NCBI GenBank assembly: GCA_963720265.1 | Contig: CAVRET010000001.1 | Coordinates: 521,113 to 567,794, forward strand | From: an uncultured bacterium | GTDB taxonomy: Bacteria; Patescibacteriota; Saccharimonadia; UBA4664 | Direction: 5' to 3' | Length of the DNA stretch: 46,682 nt | Shown here: piece by piece, positions 17,166 to 26,688 of the stretch | Layout of the letters: every line of letters begins with the position of its first letter | Numbering within the stretch: the stretch's first letter is position 1 | Program-made: the position numbers and the translations under genes | The notes under the pieces: model-generated | Seen by the model: only the letters and a program-made list of their open reading frames with translations | Database searches by the model: none | What the model was told of the DNA's origin: nothing

Positions 17166-18086
17166 ATGGGATACATCACAGTGGACAAAGAGAATTCGAC
17201 CGAGATTAAGCTATATTACGAGGATCATGGCAAGGGGCAGCCGGTGGTGTTGATTCATGGTTTTCCAATGAACGGCGAGGCCTGGGAAAAACAGAAGGTA
17301 GCCCTGCTTGCGGCCGGTTTTAGGACCATAACGTATGACCGCCGCGGGTTTGGCAGATCCGACAAGCCGGCCTTTGGCTACGATTATGATACTTTTGTGC
17401 GCGACCTGGAGAAGATTATGAACGAGCTAGATTTGCACGATGCGGTGCTGGTGGGACATTCCATGGGAACCGGAGAGGTCGTGCATTACCTGGGAACAAA
17501 GGGGTCGAAGCGAGTGGCGCGGGCGGTGTTGTTATCCGCGCTGCAGCCGTTTTTGCTTAAGACGGACGCCAATCCGGAAGGCGTGGACGGAAGCGTGTTT
17601 GACGGTACTAAGGAGCAGATTCTGGCGGACCGGCCGGCCTATATCGCTGCTTTTTTCCGTGATTTCTACAATTTGGATGAAAATTTGGGCACGCGCGTAA
17701 GCCAAGAGGTGGTCAATGCCAACTGGAACGTGGGCGTTGAGGCGTCCCCCAAGGGCACGCATGACTGCGTGGACGCGTGGCTAACAGATTTCCGGCCGGA
17801 TTTGCCAAACATTGACGTGCCAGTGCTGATCATACATGGGGACGCCGACCGCATTTTGCCGTATGAAGTGACGGCGGCCAGACTACAGCCTCTTATTAAA
17901 GGCAGCCGGCTTGTCACACTGCACGGTGCGCCGCACGGTATTCCATGGACGTTTGCTTCTGACGTGAATCGCGAGATGCTGGGATTTTTGGCCGAACAGG
18001 CGCCGGCTGATGCACGGGCCGAACGGACGGCGCCGATGCGGACGCAGCCCGCGTTTGGCGAGAAGTTAGATAAGCAGGAAGATTAA
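17166..18086 (+). CDS. Alpha/beta hydrolase, non-haem haloperoxidase / arylesterase-like
   Basis: ORF 17127..18086. The likely start is ATG 17166. The sequence reads MGYITVDKENSTEIKLYYEDHGKGQPVVLIHGFP...YDRRGFGRSDKP...GHSMGTGEV...HGDADRILP. It has an Ala/Arg-rich C-terminal tail. Confidence 0.75.
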   Translation: MGYITVDKENSTEIKLYYEDHGKGQPVVLIHGFPMNGEAWEKQKVALLAAGFRTITYDRRGFGRSDKPAFGYDYDTFVRDLEKIMNELDLHDAVLVGHSMGTGEVVHYLGTKGSKRVARAVLLSALQPFLLKTDANPEGVDGSVFDGTKEQILADRPAYIAAFFRDFYNLDENLGTRVSQEVVNANWNVGVEASPKGTHDCVDAWLTDFRPDLPNIDVPVLIIHGDADRILPYEVTAARLQPLIKGSRLVTLHGAPHGIPWTFASDVNREMLGFLAEQAPADARAERTAPMRTQPAFGEKLDKQED

Positions 18087-18352
18087 CGGGCGGGGCCCAA
18101 ATAGTAGCCCCTGCGCAGTGAGGGCAAGAGTACAGAGCATTTGCGGCAGTGCTTGGTTCTTGCGCGCCCCGCATCGAACTGCTACTCATGGCGGGGAGAA
18201 CAAGGAGTGCAATGGTTATGGGCGGCTGACGATTTTTATATATGGCCCCAGTCTCAATACAATTCATATATACTACTAAATAGATACCGGTTATGTTTTC
18301 AATGAGAGTGCATTTTTAGCTTGTGCAGGTAATGTTGTGCAGTTGACGCCCC

Positions 18353-19507
18353 ATGAATGACCATTCCAGCTCTAACACTGGCCAGCCAATCCCCGGCCAG
18401 GCTTCCGCACCGTCGCCGCACCCAGGTGCGGTTTTGGTCGTGCCGCCTCAAGCGGCTGCGGTCGCGCAACCAGTAATCGGCCAGACTGCCACAGCGACAA
18501 ACGCAGTCCCTGTTGCGCCAGCGGCAGGCCAGTTGGTACCTCCCGAGCCGAACCTGCCGCCTGCGCCGCCACCCCAACCGGTGATTGCGGTAGAAATAAA
18601 GAATCTGCATAAGAATTTCGGAACAAATACGGCTGTGAACGATCTTTCACTCAACATATTTCAGGGTGAGGTGTGTGGTCTTTTGGGGCCAAACGGTTCA
18701 GGTAAGACCACGATTTTGAACATGATCAGTGGTCTAAGCGCTCCATCGAGCGGCGAAGTTACGGTTATGGGCCAAAACATAACACGGAATCCGCGGTTGG
18801 TTCGAAGTGTTTTAGGTTTCATACCACAAGAAACCGCGCTGTATGAAGAGTTATCGGCGTGGAGGAACATGGACTTTCATGCGGATTTATTCAGTATTCC
18901 GCGCAATGAAAAGGCTCAGAGGATTACAGATTTACTGCAACTCGTCCAGTTACTTGACCATAAAGACAGTATTGTGAGGACTTTTTCCGGTGGCATGAAA
19001 CGGCGGCTCGCGATCGCCCGCTCATTGTTGCATGACCCTAAACTTATCTATCTCGACGAGCCGTCTCTCGGAGTTGATGTGCAGGCGAGAAGAGTTATAT
19101 GGGATTACATTCTTGCACTTCGAAGCCAAGGCAAGACCATCCTCATTACCACCAACTACTTAGAAGAAGCAGAAGCCCTGTGCGACCGCTTGGCAATAAT
19201 TGACCGCGGCCGTCTCATTACCCTAGATACCATGGCGCGCCTGAAAGCACTCTACGGCGGCAGTGTATTAGACATTGATACGGTCGACCCAAAATTAGCT
19301 ATGAGCGCCTTGGGGCGACTCATGGCCACCATTACGATCGAGCAAAATGGGACCATGCTGAGGATATCTACCAAAGGCCGAGACGATTTGGTGGCTTTAA
19401 TTATTAACATAGTCTCGAGACAGGGCGGGATTCGCAGGATTTCAATGCGCGGGTCAAACCTCGATGACATATTCTTAAAGTTAACAGGTAATGCCCTGCG
19501 TGATTAA
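18353..19507 (+). CDS. ABC transporter ATP-binding protein (ABC-2 exporter type) with a Pro/Ala-rich N-terminal extension
   Basis: Walker A is GPNGSGKTT, the signature is FSGGMKRRL, and Walker B is LIYLDEPSLGVD. The first ~80 aa are low complexity (QPIPGQASAPSPHPG...PPAPPPQP). Confidence 0.8.
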   Translation: MNDHSSSNTGQPIPGQASAPSPHPGAVLVVPPQAAAVAQPVIGQTATATNAVPVAPAAGQLVPPEPNLPPAPPPQPVIAVEIKNLHKNFGTNTAVNDLSLNIFQGEVCGLLGPNGSGKTTILNMISGLSAPSSGEVTVMGQNITRNPRLVRSVLGFIPQETALYEELSAWRNMDFHADLFSIPRNEKAQRITDLLQLVQLLDHKDSIVRTFSGGMKRRLAIARSLLHDPKLIYLDEPSLGVDVQARRVIWDYILALRSQGKTILITTNYLEEAEALCDRLAIIDRGRLITLDTMARLKALYGGSVLDIDTVDPKLAMSALGRLMATITIEQNGTMLRISTKGRDDLVALIINIVSRQGGIRRISMRGSNLDDIFLKLTGNALRD

Positions 19508-19524
19508 CGTAGTGAGAGCTGTGC

Positions 19525-20631
19525 ATGCCAATACTTGAAGATAATTTAAGAATTATGTGGGCATGCGCAAAAAAAGACCTTTTTACAAGTTTTACGGAAC
19601 GGATCTTCTTAATTACGTTATTTGTGATTCCGCTTCAATATCTGTTCCTCTTTATCATTTTCGTGCTGCCCTCGGACCATGCCCCGACCGCGGTAGTTAT
19701 GCTTGACCGCAGCCACCACGCCCGACAGCTGTACCAAGCCATGGAGCACGCAAATTCTTTCAAATTAGTGCAGACGAGCGCGCCGGAGGCGAATCGATTA
19801 CTGGCGGCGGGCAAAATCGTAGCAGTCGTTACCATTCCACAGCAGTTTGATGCGAGCGTTGATACCCACAAGCCCATTGCGATACCGGTTCAAATAAACA
19901 ACCTTAATACGGACTTTACGGACGATATACGGCGCGCCATCCCGACGTCAATTACCCTGTTTTATGCTCAAGCGGAACCTGCAGCCGTCACTGTTGTGCC
20001 CAGTGAGAAGGATTGGTATGCCCATGACACGGGTTATATTTCATATATCGGAGTGTCAATTCTGGTTTTGGCAATCGCGTTGAGCGGCGCCATCCAAAGC
20101 GGTACTTCGTGGGCCAGAGAGTGGGAGCTCGGCACAATGAAGGAACTGCTCCTTTCGCCGGCGTCGCGTTGGTCGATCATTGCAGGAAAGCTGATAGGAG
20201 CATTCTTTCTGGCTCTCGCATCTGCGTGTGTTGTCATGCTTGCGTTAATCTTTCCGCTGCATTCTCCACCCATACATATTGGTGAGATGCTCTTATATAT
20301 TGTGCTGACGCTGTTAATATTTTGTTCGCTCGGTACTCTCATTGGAACGATTGTCAGGCAGCGGCGGCTCGTTACGACGGTCGTGCTGGGGTCATCGTTG
20401 TTTATCTTTTTTGTGAGCGGACCCTTGGGTCCGCCATCGTTTAGTACGCCGGTCATAGACTTCATCTCAAGATTCTCCCCGCTTGCGTACGCCATTGCCG
20501 GCGAGCAACATGCGTTTCACAATTTCAGTACGAATACAGCCGGCGGCTATAACGCAGTCATCTTGGTATTGTTTGCAATAGCGTTTATCTGCAGCGCAAT
20601 TTATGTTTTGCATAAGCGAGTTGCAGCCTAA
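19525..20631 (+). CDS. ABC-2 family transporter permease
   Basis: 368 aa. One N-terminal TM, a large extracytoplasmic loop, then about 5 C-terminal TMs. It directly follows the ATPase gene. Confidence 0.7.
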   Translation: MPILEDNLRIMWACAKKDLFTSFTERIFLITLFVIPLQYLFLFIIFVLPSDHAPTAVVMLDRSHHARQLYQAMEHANSFKLVQTSAPEANRLLAAGKIVAVVTIPQQFDASVDTHKPIAIPVQINNLNTDFTDDIRRAIPTSITLFYAQAEPAAVTVVPSEKDWYAHDTGYISYIGVSILVLAIALSGAIQSGTSWAREWELGTMKELLLSPASRWSIIAGKLIGAFFLALASACVVMLALIFPLHSPPIHIGEMLLYIVLTLLIFCSLGTLIGTIVRQRRLVTTVVLGSSLFIFFVSGPLGPPSFSTPVIDFISRFSPLAYAIAGEQHAFHNFSTNTAGGYNAVILVLFAIAFICSAIYVLHKRVAA

Positions 20632-21761
20632 TGGTCACGAATAGAGACGTAGAAATTGCCATCCGACCAATCTGGGCCATATGCCGCAATACCTTGAGTG
20701 TCTGGCTGCGCAACCGGGCCTTAATCGCAGCTTCGTTACTCCCTCCGGTAGCGTTTTTGGCGGCTGGTTTTTTAGCCGCTGCGTCGGTCTCCCATAGCTG
20801 GGTGGCCTTAGTCAATCTTGACCAAGGTTACCAAGGAGAACGTCTAGCTCAAGCCATTCACCAGTCAGATGTATTTCGCGTGATCGATGCAAATCAGGCG
20901 CAGGCGGATACCTTGATCCATGGTCTTAAGGTAGCGGCCGTTATTACCATTCCGGCTGATTTCACCGATAATTTTTATAAGCATGTTAGGACACCGGTGA
21001 CGTTTGAAGTTAATAACCTAAATTTAGATTTTACGAATGACATTAGACGCTCGGTACCAACTGCGATTACCCAGTTTTACAAAACCCAAGGCGCCATGGA
21101 CCCGATACAGGTGTCGATGCAAGAGCAAGACTTGCGGCGGCAAGATATCCAGTTGTATCAGTATGAGGTTGTGCCAATATTGCTACTCATGGTACTTATT
21201 GCAGGGCTTGTGAATACCGCCGTTAGCACGGCTCGGGAGTATGAATCAAGAACTATTAAGGAAATACTCGTCGCGCCAGTTAGTGACGTGCAAATAGCGT
21301 TAGGCATCGTACTGGCAGGTTTAATCATCGGGGTTGGCTCAGGCTTATTGGTGGCGTTTATCTGTATATTATTTAAATGGCTAAGCTTGCCGGCATGGAA
21401 TTATTCACTCATAGCGCTCATGGTTCTCTTTTTTACCGCCCTACTGGCGTCGACCACCGGACTCATGGTCGGCGTAGGCCTTAAAAGAATTCAGGCGGCT
21501 CACGCTTTTTCGACGAATACCGCCCTACCATTATTTTTTCTGGCCGGAGGCGTTGGGGTTCTCGCCTTTGAGCCCCAGTGGCTGCAAACTATTGCGGCCT
21601 TCGTGCCGTTGTCATACGCGAATCACGCGCTGCAAATGGCAGTTTTCTATTCATCTTCCGACCAACTCGCGCGTGATCTCGCAGTACTCCTAGGAGTAAA
21701 TCTGGCTGCAGCTATGTTTGCCTTGATGCTGTTAAAGAAATCCAGGTCACGTGTCATGTAA
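20631..21761 (+). CDS. ABC-2 family transporter permease (second subunit, paralog of 19525..20631)
   Basis: Same topology as the first permease, with shared motifs (VAVVTIPQQFD / AAVITIPADFT; NNLNTDFTDDIRRAIPTSIT / NNLNLDFTNDIRRSVPTAIT). Its start overlaps the previous stop. Confidence 0.7.
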   Translation: MVTNRDVEIAIRPIWAICRNTLSVWLRNRALIAASLLPPVAFLAAGFLAAASVSHSWVALVNLDQGYQGERLAQAIHQSDVFRVIDANQAQADTLIHGLKVAAVITIPADFTDNFYKHVRTPVTFEVNNLNLDFTNDIRRSVPTAITQFYKTQGAMDPIQVSMQEQDLRRQDIQLYQYEVVPILLLMVLIAGLVNTAVSTAREYESRTIKEILVAPVSDVQIALGIVLAGLIIGVGSGLLVAFICILFKWLSLPAWNYSLIALMVLFFTALLASTTGLMVGVGLKRIQAAHAFSTNTALPLFFLAGGVGVLAFEPQWLQTIAAFVPLSYANHALQMAVFYSSSDQLARDLAVLLGVNLAAAMFALMLLKKSRSRVM

Positions 21762-21776
21762 GGATTACGGCGAAGA

Positions 21777-22763
21777 CTATGCGTAACGGTCGATTACTGC
21801 AGCCGCCAGTCGCATTTCTTCTTGGGTGCCAATTGCAATTCTGACAAAATTCATTCCTAACCCGGCATTTCTACCATCACCACCATGACGGACTACAAAG
21901 TTGTCATCAGTTAAATGGTGTGCAAAATCAGTTGCCAATTTTGTGCTGGGAAATTTAATTAAAGCTGCATTGATCAGACTCGGAAGCACCTCATGGCCTT
22001 TGCTTTTAAGAAAGGCCGTGAACTCATCGCGCGTTTGTCTTACTTCATCGATGGCTGCTTTAAAGTATGGCTCGTGATCCAAAGCCGCTAGTGCTGCCCC
22101 GACCGATAGATAGGATACACTGGAGAGCTGTGATTTCCGCTTAATTTTATCGATTATGTGGGGGCTGGCTATAACGTATCCAATACGGTTTCCGGCCATA
22201 CCGAAACCTTTTGAAAAGCTGCGCAAAATGACTAAGTGATGGTTTTCAGATAGCTCACTCATCACAGATAGATCCGGCGCAAAACTCTCATATACTTCGT
22301 CTACGACGACGATTGCATGTGGGTTATGTTTAATCAATTCCACTACTTTATCTTTCGGTGTAAATCCAAATGGATTGTTGGGGTTAGCAAGATAAATTAG
22401 TGTCGCATCGTCAATACTGGCAGAGCTTATTACATATTCACCGTGGTGCAGCGCACTGACCGGATGGATGGTAGCGCCAAAATCCGCGGCGTTCTGATAG
22501 CCAATATATGTCGGTGTGAAATAGTACGTGCTAGCACCATATGCCAAAGCTAACATCTGGATTGCTTCGTCGGCCCCAGCGGTCAGGTAAATCATATTGC
22601 TGGGTACATTGCACCTTTCGGCGAGCCGGTCAATTAAGACCTGGGGCTGCGGTCGGTAGGTGTTGGCATCTTTTGAGAAATCACGGAGCCCGTCATAGAT
22701 GAAACCCGGTAGCGGGACATTTAAGACTGTGTAGTACAAAGAGATTTTTTTGGTTTCATCCAT
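21777..22763 (-). CDS. PLP-dependent class I/II aminotransferase (HisC/CobD-like)
   Basis: Contains YLANPNNPFG and SFSKGFGMAGNRIGY (PLP lysine motif). Length is 328 aa. Confidence 0.7.
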   Translation of the reverse strand: MDETKKISLYYTVLNVPLPGFIYDGLRDFSKDANTYRPQPQVLIDRLAERCNVPSNMIYLTAGADEAIQMLALAYGASTYYFTPTYIGYQNAADFGATIHPVSALHHGEYVISSASIDDATLIYLANPNNPFGFTPKDKVVELIKHNPHAIVVVDEVYESFAPDLSVMSELSENHHLVILRSFSKGFGMAGNRIGYVIASPHIIDKIKRKSQLSSVSYLSVGAALAALDHEPYFKAAIDEVRQTRDEFTAFLKSKGHEVLPSLINAALIKFPSTKLATDFAHHLTDDNFVVRHGGDGRNAGLGMNFVRIAIGTQEEMRLAAAVIDRYA

Positions 22764-22869
22764 ACCGAGATTGTAGCATTTGTAATGCCTATATGAACCT
22801 GCGACCTCGCGAGATAACCTGAAATTGCGAAAGGCGCATGATGTTCATTATGCCGCCGTAGACGCAGAA

Positions 22870-22911
22870 ACCCGCCGACCGCGCGGCCGCGGGCCTCTGC
22901 GGTTGGCGGGT
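22870..22911 (-). terminator. GC-rich hairpin downstream of 22937..23362
   Basis: acccgccgaccgc (22870-22882) pairs with gcggttggcgggt (22899-22911): 13 bp with one G-U. On the minus strand the stem is followed by UUUCUGCG. Confidence 0.5.
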
Positions 22912-22936
22912 GGTGGGCACCGGCCAGTTTCGTTGT

Positions 22937-23362
22937 TTAACCCTCACTGCCGGGGGTCGTCTGCGCCGGTGTCTCCCTGGCCGGCACATCGATGGAGACT
23001 TCTTGAATGTGGATGCCGGGAATCGGCGCGTCCTGGCTGCCGTCAAGCAACAGGACGATGTCGTCTGGGCTGATGGTCGCGATTGTGCCTTTGTAGACGG
23101 ACTGCCTGGGCCCGTTCAGTGAAACTACGCCCAGCGGCACACAGATCAACATCGTTGACGCCGCGGCGTCCTGCACTGAGGCTTCAACCACCCGTATGTG
23201 CCGGGCGCCTCCGCGCTTCATGTTGAGCTCATCGTCTACGATCTCGACGATGAACCAATTGCCGCTGCGGGAGACGAACTTCAGCCTGGTTCCGGCAACC
23301 AGCTGCTGGTACGGAAGGCCAATCGTTTTCACAAACACGTGCCGCTCCCTCTTGGGTCGCAT
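22937..23362 (-). CDS. Hypothetical small protein, paralog of 26207..26602 (high-GC island)
   Basis: 141 aa. It shares an ordered motif series with the 131-aa ORF: RPxRE, GTxLxF, IVEI, GARxhxVhEA, LCVPxG, TISxxDxIxLL, IxEhxhxhP. Confidence 0.45.
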   Translation of the reverse strand: MRPKRERHVFVKTIGLPYQQLVAGTRLKFVSRSGNWFIVEIVDDELNMKRGGARHIRVVEASVQDAAASTMLICVPLGVVSLNGPRQSVYKGTIATISPDDIVLLLDGSQDAPIPGIHIQEVSIDVPARETPAQTTPGSEG

Positions 23363-23465
23363 TTGAGGTACAGTTTTGTTATATTAACATTTTTTGTGAT
23401 AGTTGCAAGGCCAATCATGTGACTGAGCCGTAAATGCTTATGCTAAACTTAAGGGGAAGTGAGGG

Positions 23466-26084
23466 GTGGCGGTTATCCGGCGAATACGATTGGTTAAACA
23501 ACCTTATCTTGGGTATGTGCAGGCAGCACTGGTTGTTTTTGTCGTGGTGCTATTGGGCTATTTTGTGGTGCGTTCGCACGCTTCGACGCTGGTGGGCGAT
23601 TTGAACAACGACGGGGTGGTGAACGTATTTGACCTGTCGATCATGCTCAGCGACTGGGGCACGAACAATGCAATTGCAGATCTGAATGGTGATGGTGTTG
23701 TGAATGTGTTTGATTTGTCGATACTCTTATCGCACTGGGGCGATACCGGGACGCTGACGAGTATTAGCATTGACGGTACGAGCAGCGGCCAGGTGTTTGA
23801 CGGGATTGGCGCGATTTCTGGCGGCGGGGGCAATTCGCGTTATATCAGCGATTATCCAACGAGTCAGCAGTCGCAAATGATGAACCTCATGTTTAAGCCA
23901 GATTATGGTGCATCGCTGCAGATTTTGAAGGTGGAGATTGGCGGCGATACCAACTCGACGGACGGGGCTGAATCCAGCGTTGAACATACGCAAGGTACTA
24001 TTAACTGCAATGCCGGGTATGAGTGGCAAATGATGCAAGCCGCCAAGGCGCTGAATCCCAATATTAAGCTGTACGGCCTGGCATGGGGCGCACCTGGGTG
24101 GATCCCCAGCCATACCTTTAATTCGTCCGGCACCATTAGTTACTTGATCGATTGGCTCAATTGCGCCAAGCAAAAAGGGTTGACCATAGATTACCTAGGC
24201 GGGCAGAACGAGAAGGCGTATAGCGATAGTTGGTACGAGAGCTTACGCACGGCGCTGAATGCGGCCGGCTTTACTTCGACGCAAATTGTGGCCGCGGACC
24301 AGTTTGGGGGCAATGGATCGAGCGGAGCGGCAGCCTTTAGCGTAGCGAACGATATGGCGTCTGATTCGACGCTGAAGAGTGACATTGGGGTCGTGGGCGC
24401 GCACGACGTGTGTGATTATCCCACGGACGGGCTTGAGTGCTACAGCACGGCGACGGCCGAGGGCTTGGGCGTGCCTCTGTGGATTAGCGAAGCCGGGCAT
24501 ATGGACGGTAATACCGGTGCGGCTGACATTGCCCGCACCTTTAACCGCGGCTACCAGGACGCAGGGCTGACCGGCTACATTCAGTGGCCGCTGCTCGACG
24601 CTATGCCGCCCGGCATGCCGCATGAGAATTACGGCCTTATTACGGCCGATGAGCCGTGGAGCGGTTACTTTACGGCTAACCACCAGATTTGGGCGTTTGC
24701 CCACACCACGCAGTTTACGGAGCCGGGGTGGTATTACGTGGATTCAGGCACCGGCTTTTTGGGCGGCGACCGCACGAACGGCAGTTATGTCACGTATAAG
24801 TCCCCGGATAATTCGGATTGGAGTATGGTGGCGGAAACGTCCACGGCTACGCAGGACCAGACGATTAGTGCCAATATCACCGGGGGCTTGAGCACCGGCA
24901 TGGTGCACGTATGGGCGAGCAACCTAAATTCGACCGATCCTAATCAATGGTTCCAACAACAAGCCGACATAACGCCCGCCGGCGGATCGTTTACCTATAC
25001 GTTGCAGCCGGGTTACATCTACACGTTTACTACGACTACGGGACAGAGCAAGGGCAGTGCCGGCACGATACCGGCAGCGGGCACGCTTAAGCTCCCCTAC
25101 TCTGACACGCTTTCCAGTATGGATAGCTCAAATGAAGCCAAGTACCTGGCCACGATGAGCGGCGCGTTTGAAGGCGCTGCTTGCGCCGGCGGGGTGTCCG
25201 GTACCTGTTTGCAGCAAAACGTTCCGACCGATCCGATTGACTGGAACTCAACGTCGCCGCCGTATGCGATTATTGGCGATAACACCTGGCAGGATTACAC
25301 AGTGAGTACGAGCATTTTATTCAAGAATGCCGGCTCGTCGGCCGGCGTGATTGGGCGGTTTGGCGACCAGGCCGGCAGTGTTACAAACTTTAACGGTTAT
25401 TTGCTGCAAGTGAACGATACTGGTACGTGGAACATCTATAAGAACAATAACGGTGGGTCACCCACTTCACTTGCTTCCGGCACCGTGACGGCGCTGGGGA
25501 CGAATAGCTGGCATACGGTGTCACTCGCACTTTCCGGTTCGAGTCTCACGGCCTCGATTGACGGGCACGTGGTGGGGAGTGCTAGCGACAGCTCGTACGC
25601 CTACGGGCCGGCCGGGATTGATGCCGGTATGTTTGCCAATGCTTGGCCGATTGTGCAGTACCGCAACTTTTCGGTGACCGGCAGCAATGCGGCTGGGTTT
25701 GTGGGGCCGGTGTATGCCGGCCAAATCGATAAGTGCCTCGATAATTACCAGGGCGCAGCCACGAACGGCAACAAAACCGATCTGTATTCATGTAATTACA
25801 CCGATGCCCAGCGCTGGCAGATTATGAGCGACGGAACGCTTAGGACACCGGCGGGCAAATGCATGGAGATTGTAGGATCCGGCACGGCAGACGGGAGTTT
25901 AATTGACATTAATACCTGCACCGGCGGCGCCAATCGGGTGTGGCAGTCGGTGAATGATACGCTGGTAAACCCGGCCACGGGCAAGTGTCTGGACGATCCC
26001 AGTAGTTCGACCACGAACGGTACCCAGCTCGATATCGCGACCTGTGATGGGTCGGTTGGGCAATATTGGACGCTGCCGCAATAG
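23466..26084 (+). CDS. Secreted/anchored glycoside hydrolase family 59-like (galactosylceramidase-like) with two N-terminal dockerin-type repeats and a C-terminal ricin-B (CBM13-like) lectin
   Basis: Signal-anchor AALVVFVVVLLGYFVV. Repeats DLNNDGVVNVFDLSIMLSDWG and DLNGDGVVNVFDLSILLSHWG. GGGNSRYISDYP...LMFKPDYGASLQILKVEIGGDTNSTDGAESSVEH closely follows the GALC/GH59 catalytic-domain signature. The C-terminus has three QxW repeats (AQRWQI, NRVWQS, GQYWTL). Confidence 0.7.
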   Translation: MAVIRRIRLVKQPYLGYVQAALVVFVVVLLGYFVVRSHASTLVGDLNNDGVVNVFDLSIMLSDWGTNNAIADLNGDGVVNVFDLSILLSHWGDTGTLTSISIDGTSSGQVFDGIGAISGGGGNSRYISDYPTSQQSQMMNLMFKPDYGASLQILKVEIGGDTNSTDGAESSVEHTQGTINCNAGYEWQMMQAAKALNPNIKLYGLAWGAPGWIPSHTFNSSGTISYLIDWLNCAKQKGLTIDYLGGQNEKAYSDSWYESLRTALNAAGFTSTQIVAADQFGGNGSSGAAAFSVANDMASDSTLKSDIGVVGAHDVCDYPTDGLECYSTATAEGLGVPLWISEAGHMDGNTGAADIARTFNRGYQDAGLTGYIQWPLLDAMPPGMPHENYGLITADEPWSGYFTANHQIWAFAHTTQFTEPGWYYVDSGTGFLGGDRTNGSYVTYKSPDNSDWSMVAETSTATQDQTISANITGGLSTGMVHVWASNLNSTDPNQWFQQQADITPAGGSFTYTLQPGYIYTFTTTTGQSKGSAGTIPAAGTLKLPYSDTLSSMDSSNEAKYLATMSGAFEGAACAGGVSGTCLQQNVPTDPIDWNSTSPPYAIIGDNTWQDYTVSTSILFKNAGSSAGVIGRFGDQAGSVTNFNGYLLQVNDTGTWNIYKNNNGGSPTSLASGTVTALGTNSWHTVSLALSGSSLTASIDGHVVGSASDSSYAYGPAGIDAGMFANAWPIVQYRNFSVTGSNAAGFVGPVYAGQIDKCLDNYQGAATNGNKTDLYSCNYTDAQRWQIMSDGTLRTPAGKCMEIVGSGTADGSLIDINTCTGGANRVWQSVNDTLVNPATGKCLDDPSSSTTNGTQLDIATCDGSVGQYWTLPQ

Positions 26085-26105
26085 GCCTATGAAGGCCGAT
26101 TAACA

Positions 26106-26175
26106 CCTATAACATGCGATCGCCCCGCCCACCAGTTCGGCGAGCAAGGTGTTCGCATGATCTGGCGGGCGGGGC
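26106..26175. repeat. Inverted pair of repeat-family-like arms forming a long hairpin between convergent genes
   Basis: gccccgcccacca (26122-26134) pairs with tggcgggcggggc (26163-26175), with one mismatch in 13. The left arm context ataacatgcgatcgcccc resembles the reverse complement of copy C (ataacgtcctatcgcccc). It could act as a bidirectional terminator. Confidence 0.4.
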
Positions 26176-26206
26176 ATTGGTTGTGGGGGCCGGTCATGTA
26201 AGTTTT

Positions 26207-26602
26207 TCAGCCGGGAAGCTCCACCTGCATCTCCTCAATCTCGAAGTACGGTGGCAGCTGTGCCCCATCGTAGACATCTGTGAGAAGGAAGATGGTGTCC
26301 CCCACACTAATGGTCGGCATGGCGGCACAGTAGGCGTAAGCCATCGTTGGTACATAGGTACCGGTGGGGACGCAGAGCAGGTGGGTCGGCTGCATCGAGT
26401 CGGCCGACCGGTGAGGCGCCTCAAGCACTTTCACCTGGCGGGCGCTGCCGTAGCTTCGGTTCATGAACCCACCGAAGATCTCGACGACGATCCGATCGCC
26501 CTGGGTGGTCCGAAAGGTCAGAAACGTCCCCAAGGGCAGGGCGTGATAGTTGATTGGGCCGTTCTCGGACACGGACAAATCCTCTCGATGTGGACGGTAC
26601 AA
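26207..26602 (-). CDS. Hypothetical small protein, paralog of 22937..23362 (high-GC island)
   Basis: 131 aa with a TTG start. See the motif series listed for 22937..23362. Confidence 0.45.
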   Translation of the reverse strand: MYRPHREDLSVSENGPINYHALPLGTFLTFRTTQGDRIVVEIFGGFMNRSYGSARQVKVLEAPHRSADSMQPTHLLCVPTGTYVPTMAYAYCAAMPTISVGDTIFLLTDVYDGAQLPPYFEIEEMQVELPG

Positions 26603-26688
26603 CTGTTGTATATTATATCATATATATATAAATATTGCAATAATAGTGGCCCGGGACTTGCAAAGACGGCGCCTGATACAATGCTGCC

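Noticed and set aside
22795-22808. gaacctgcgacctc, a string common in reverse-complemented tRNA T-arm/variable regions
   Set aside because: The flanks do not form T, anticodon or acceptor stems (the best anticodon-like stem leaves a 16-nt loop). I treated it as chance or an unrecognisable relic.
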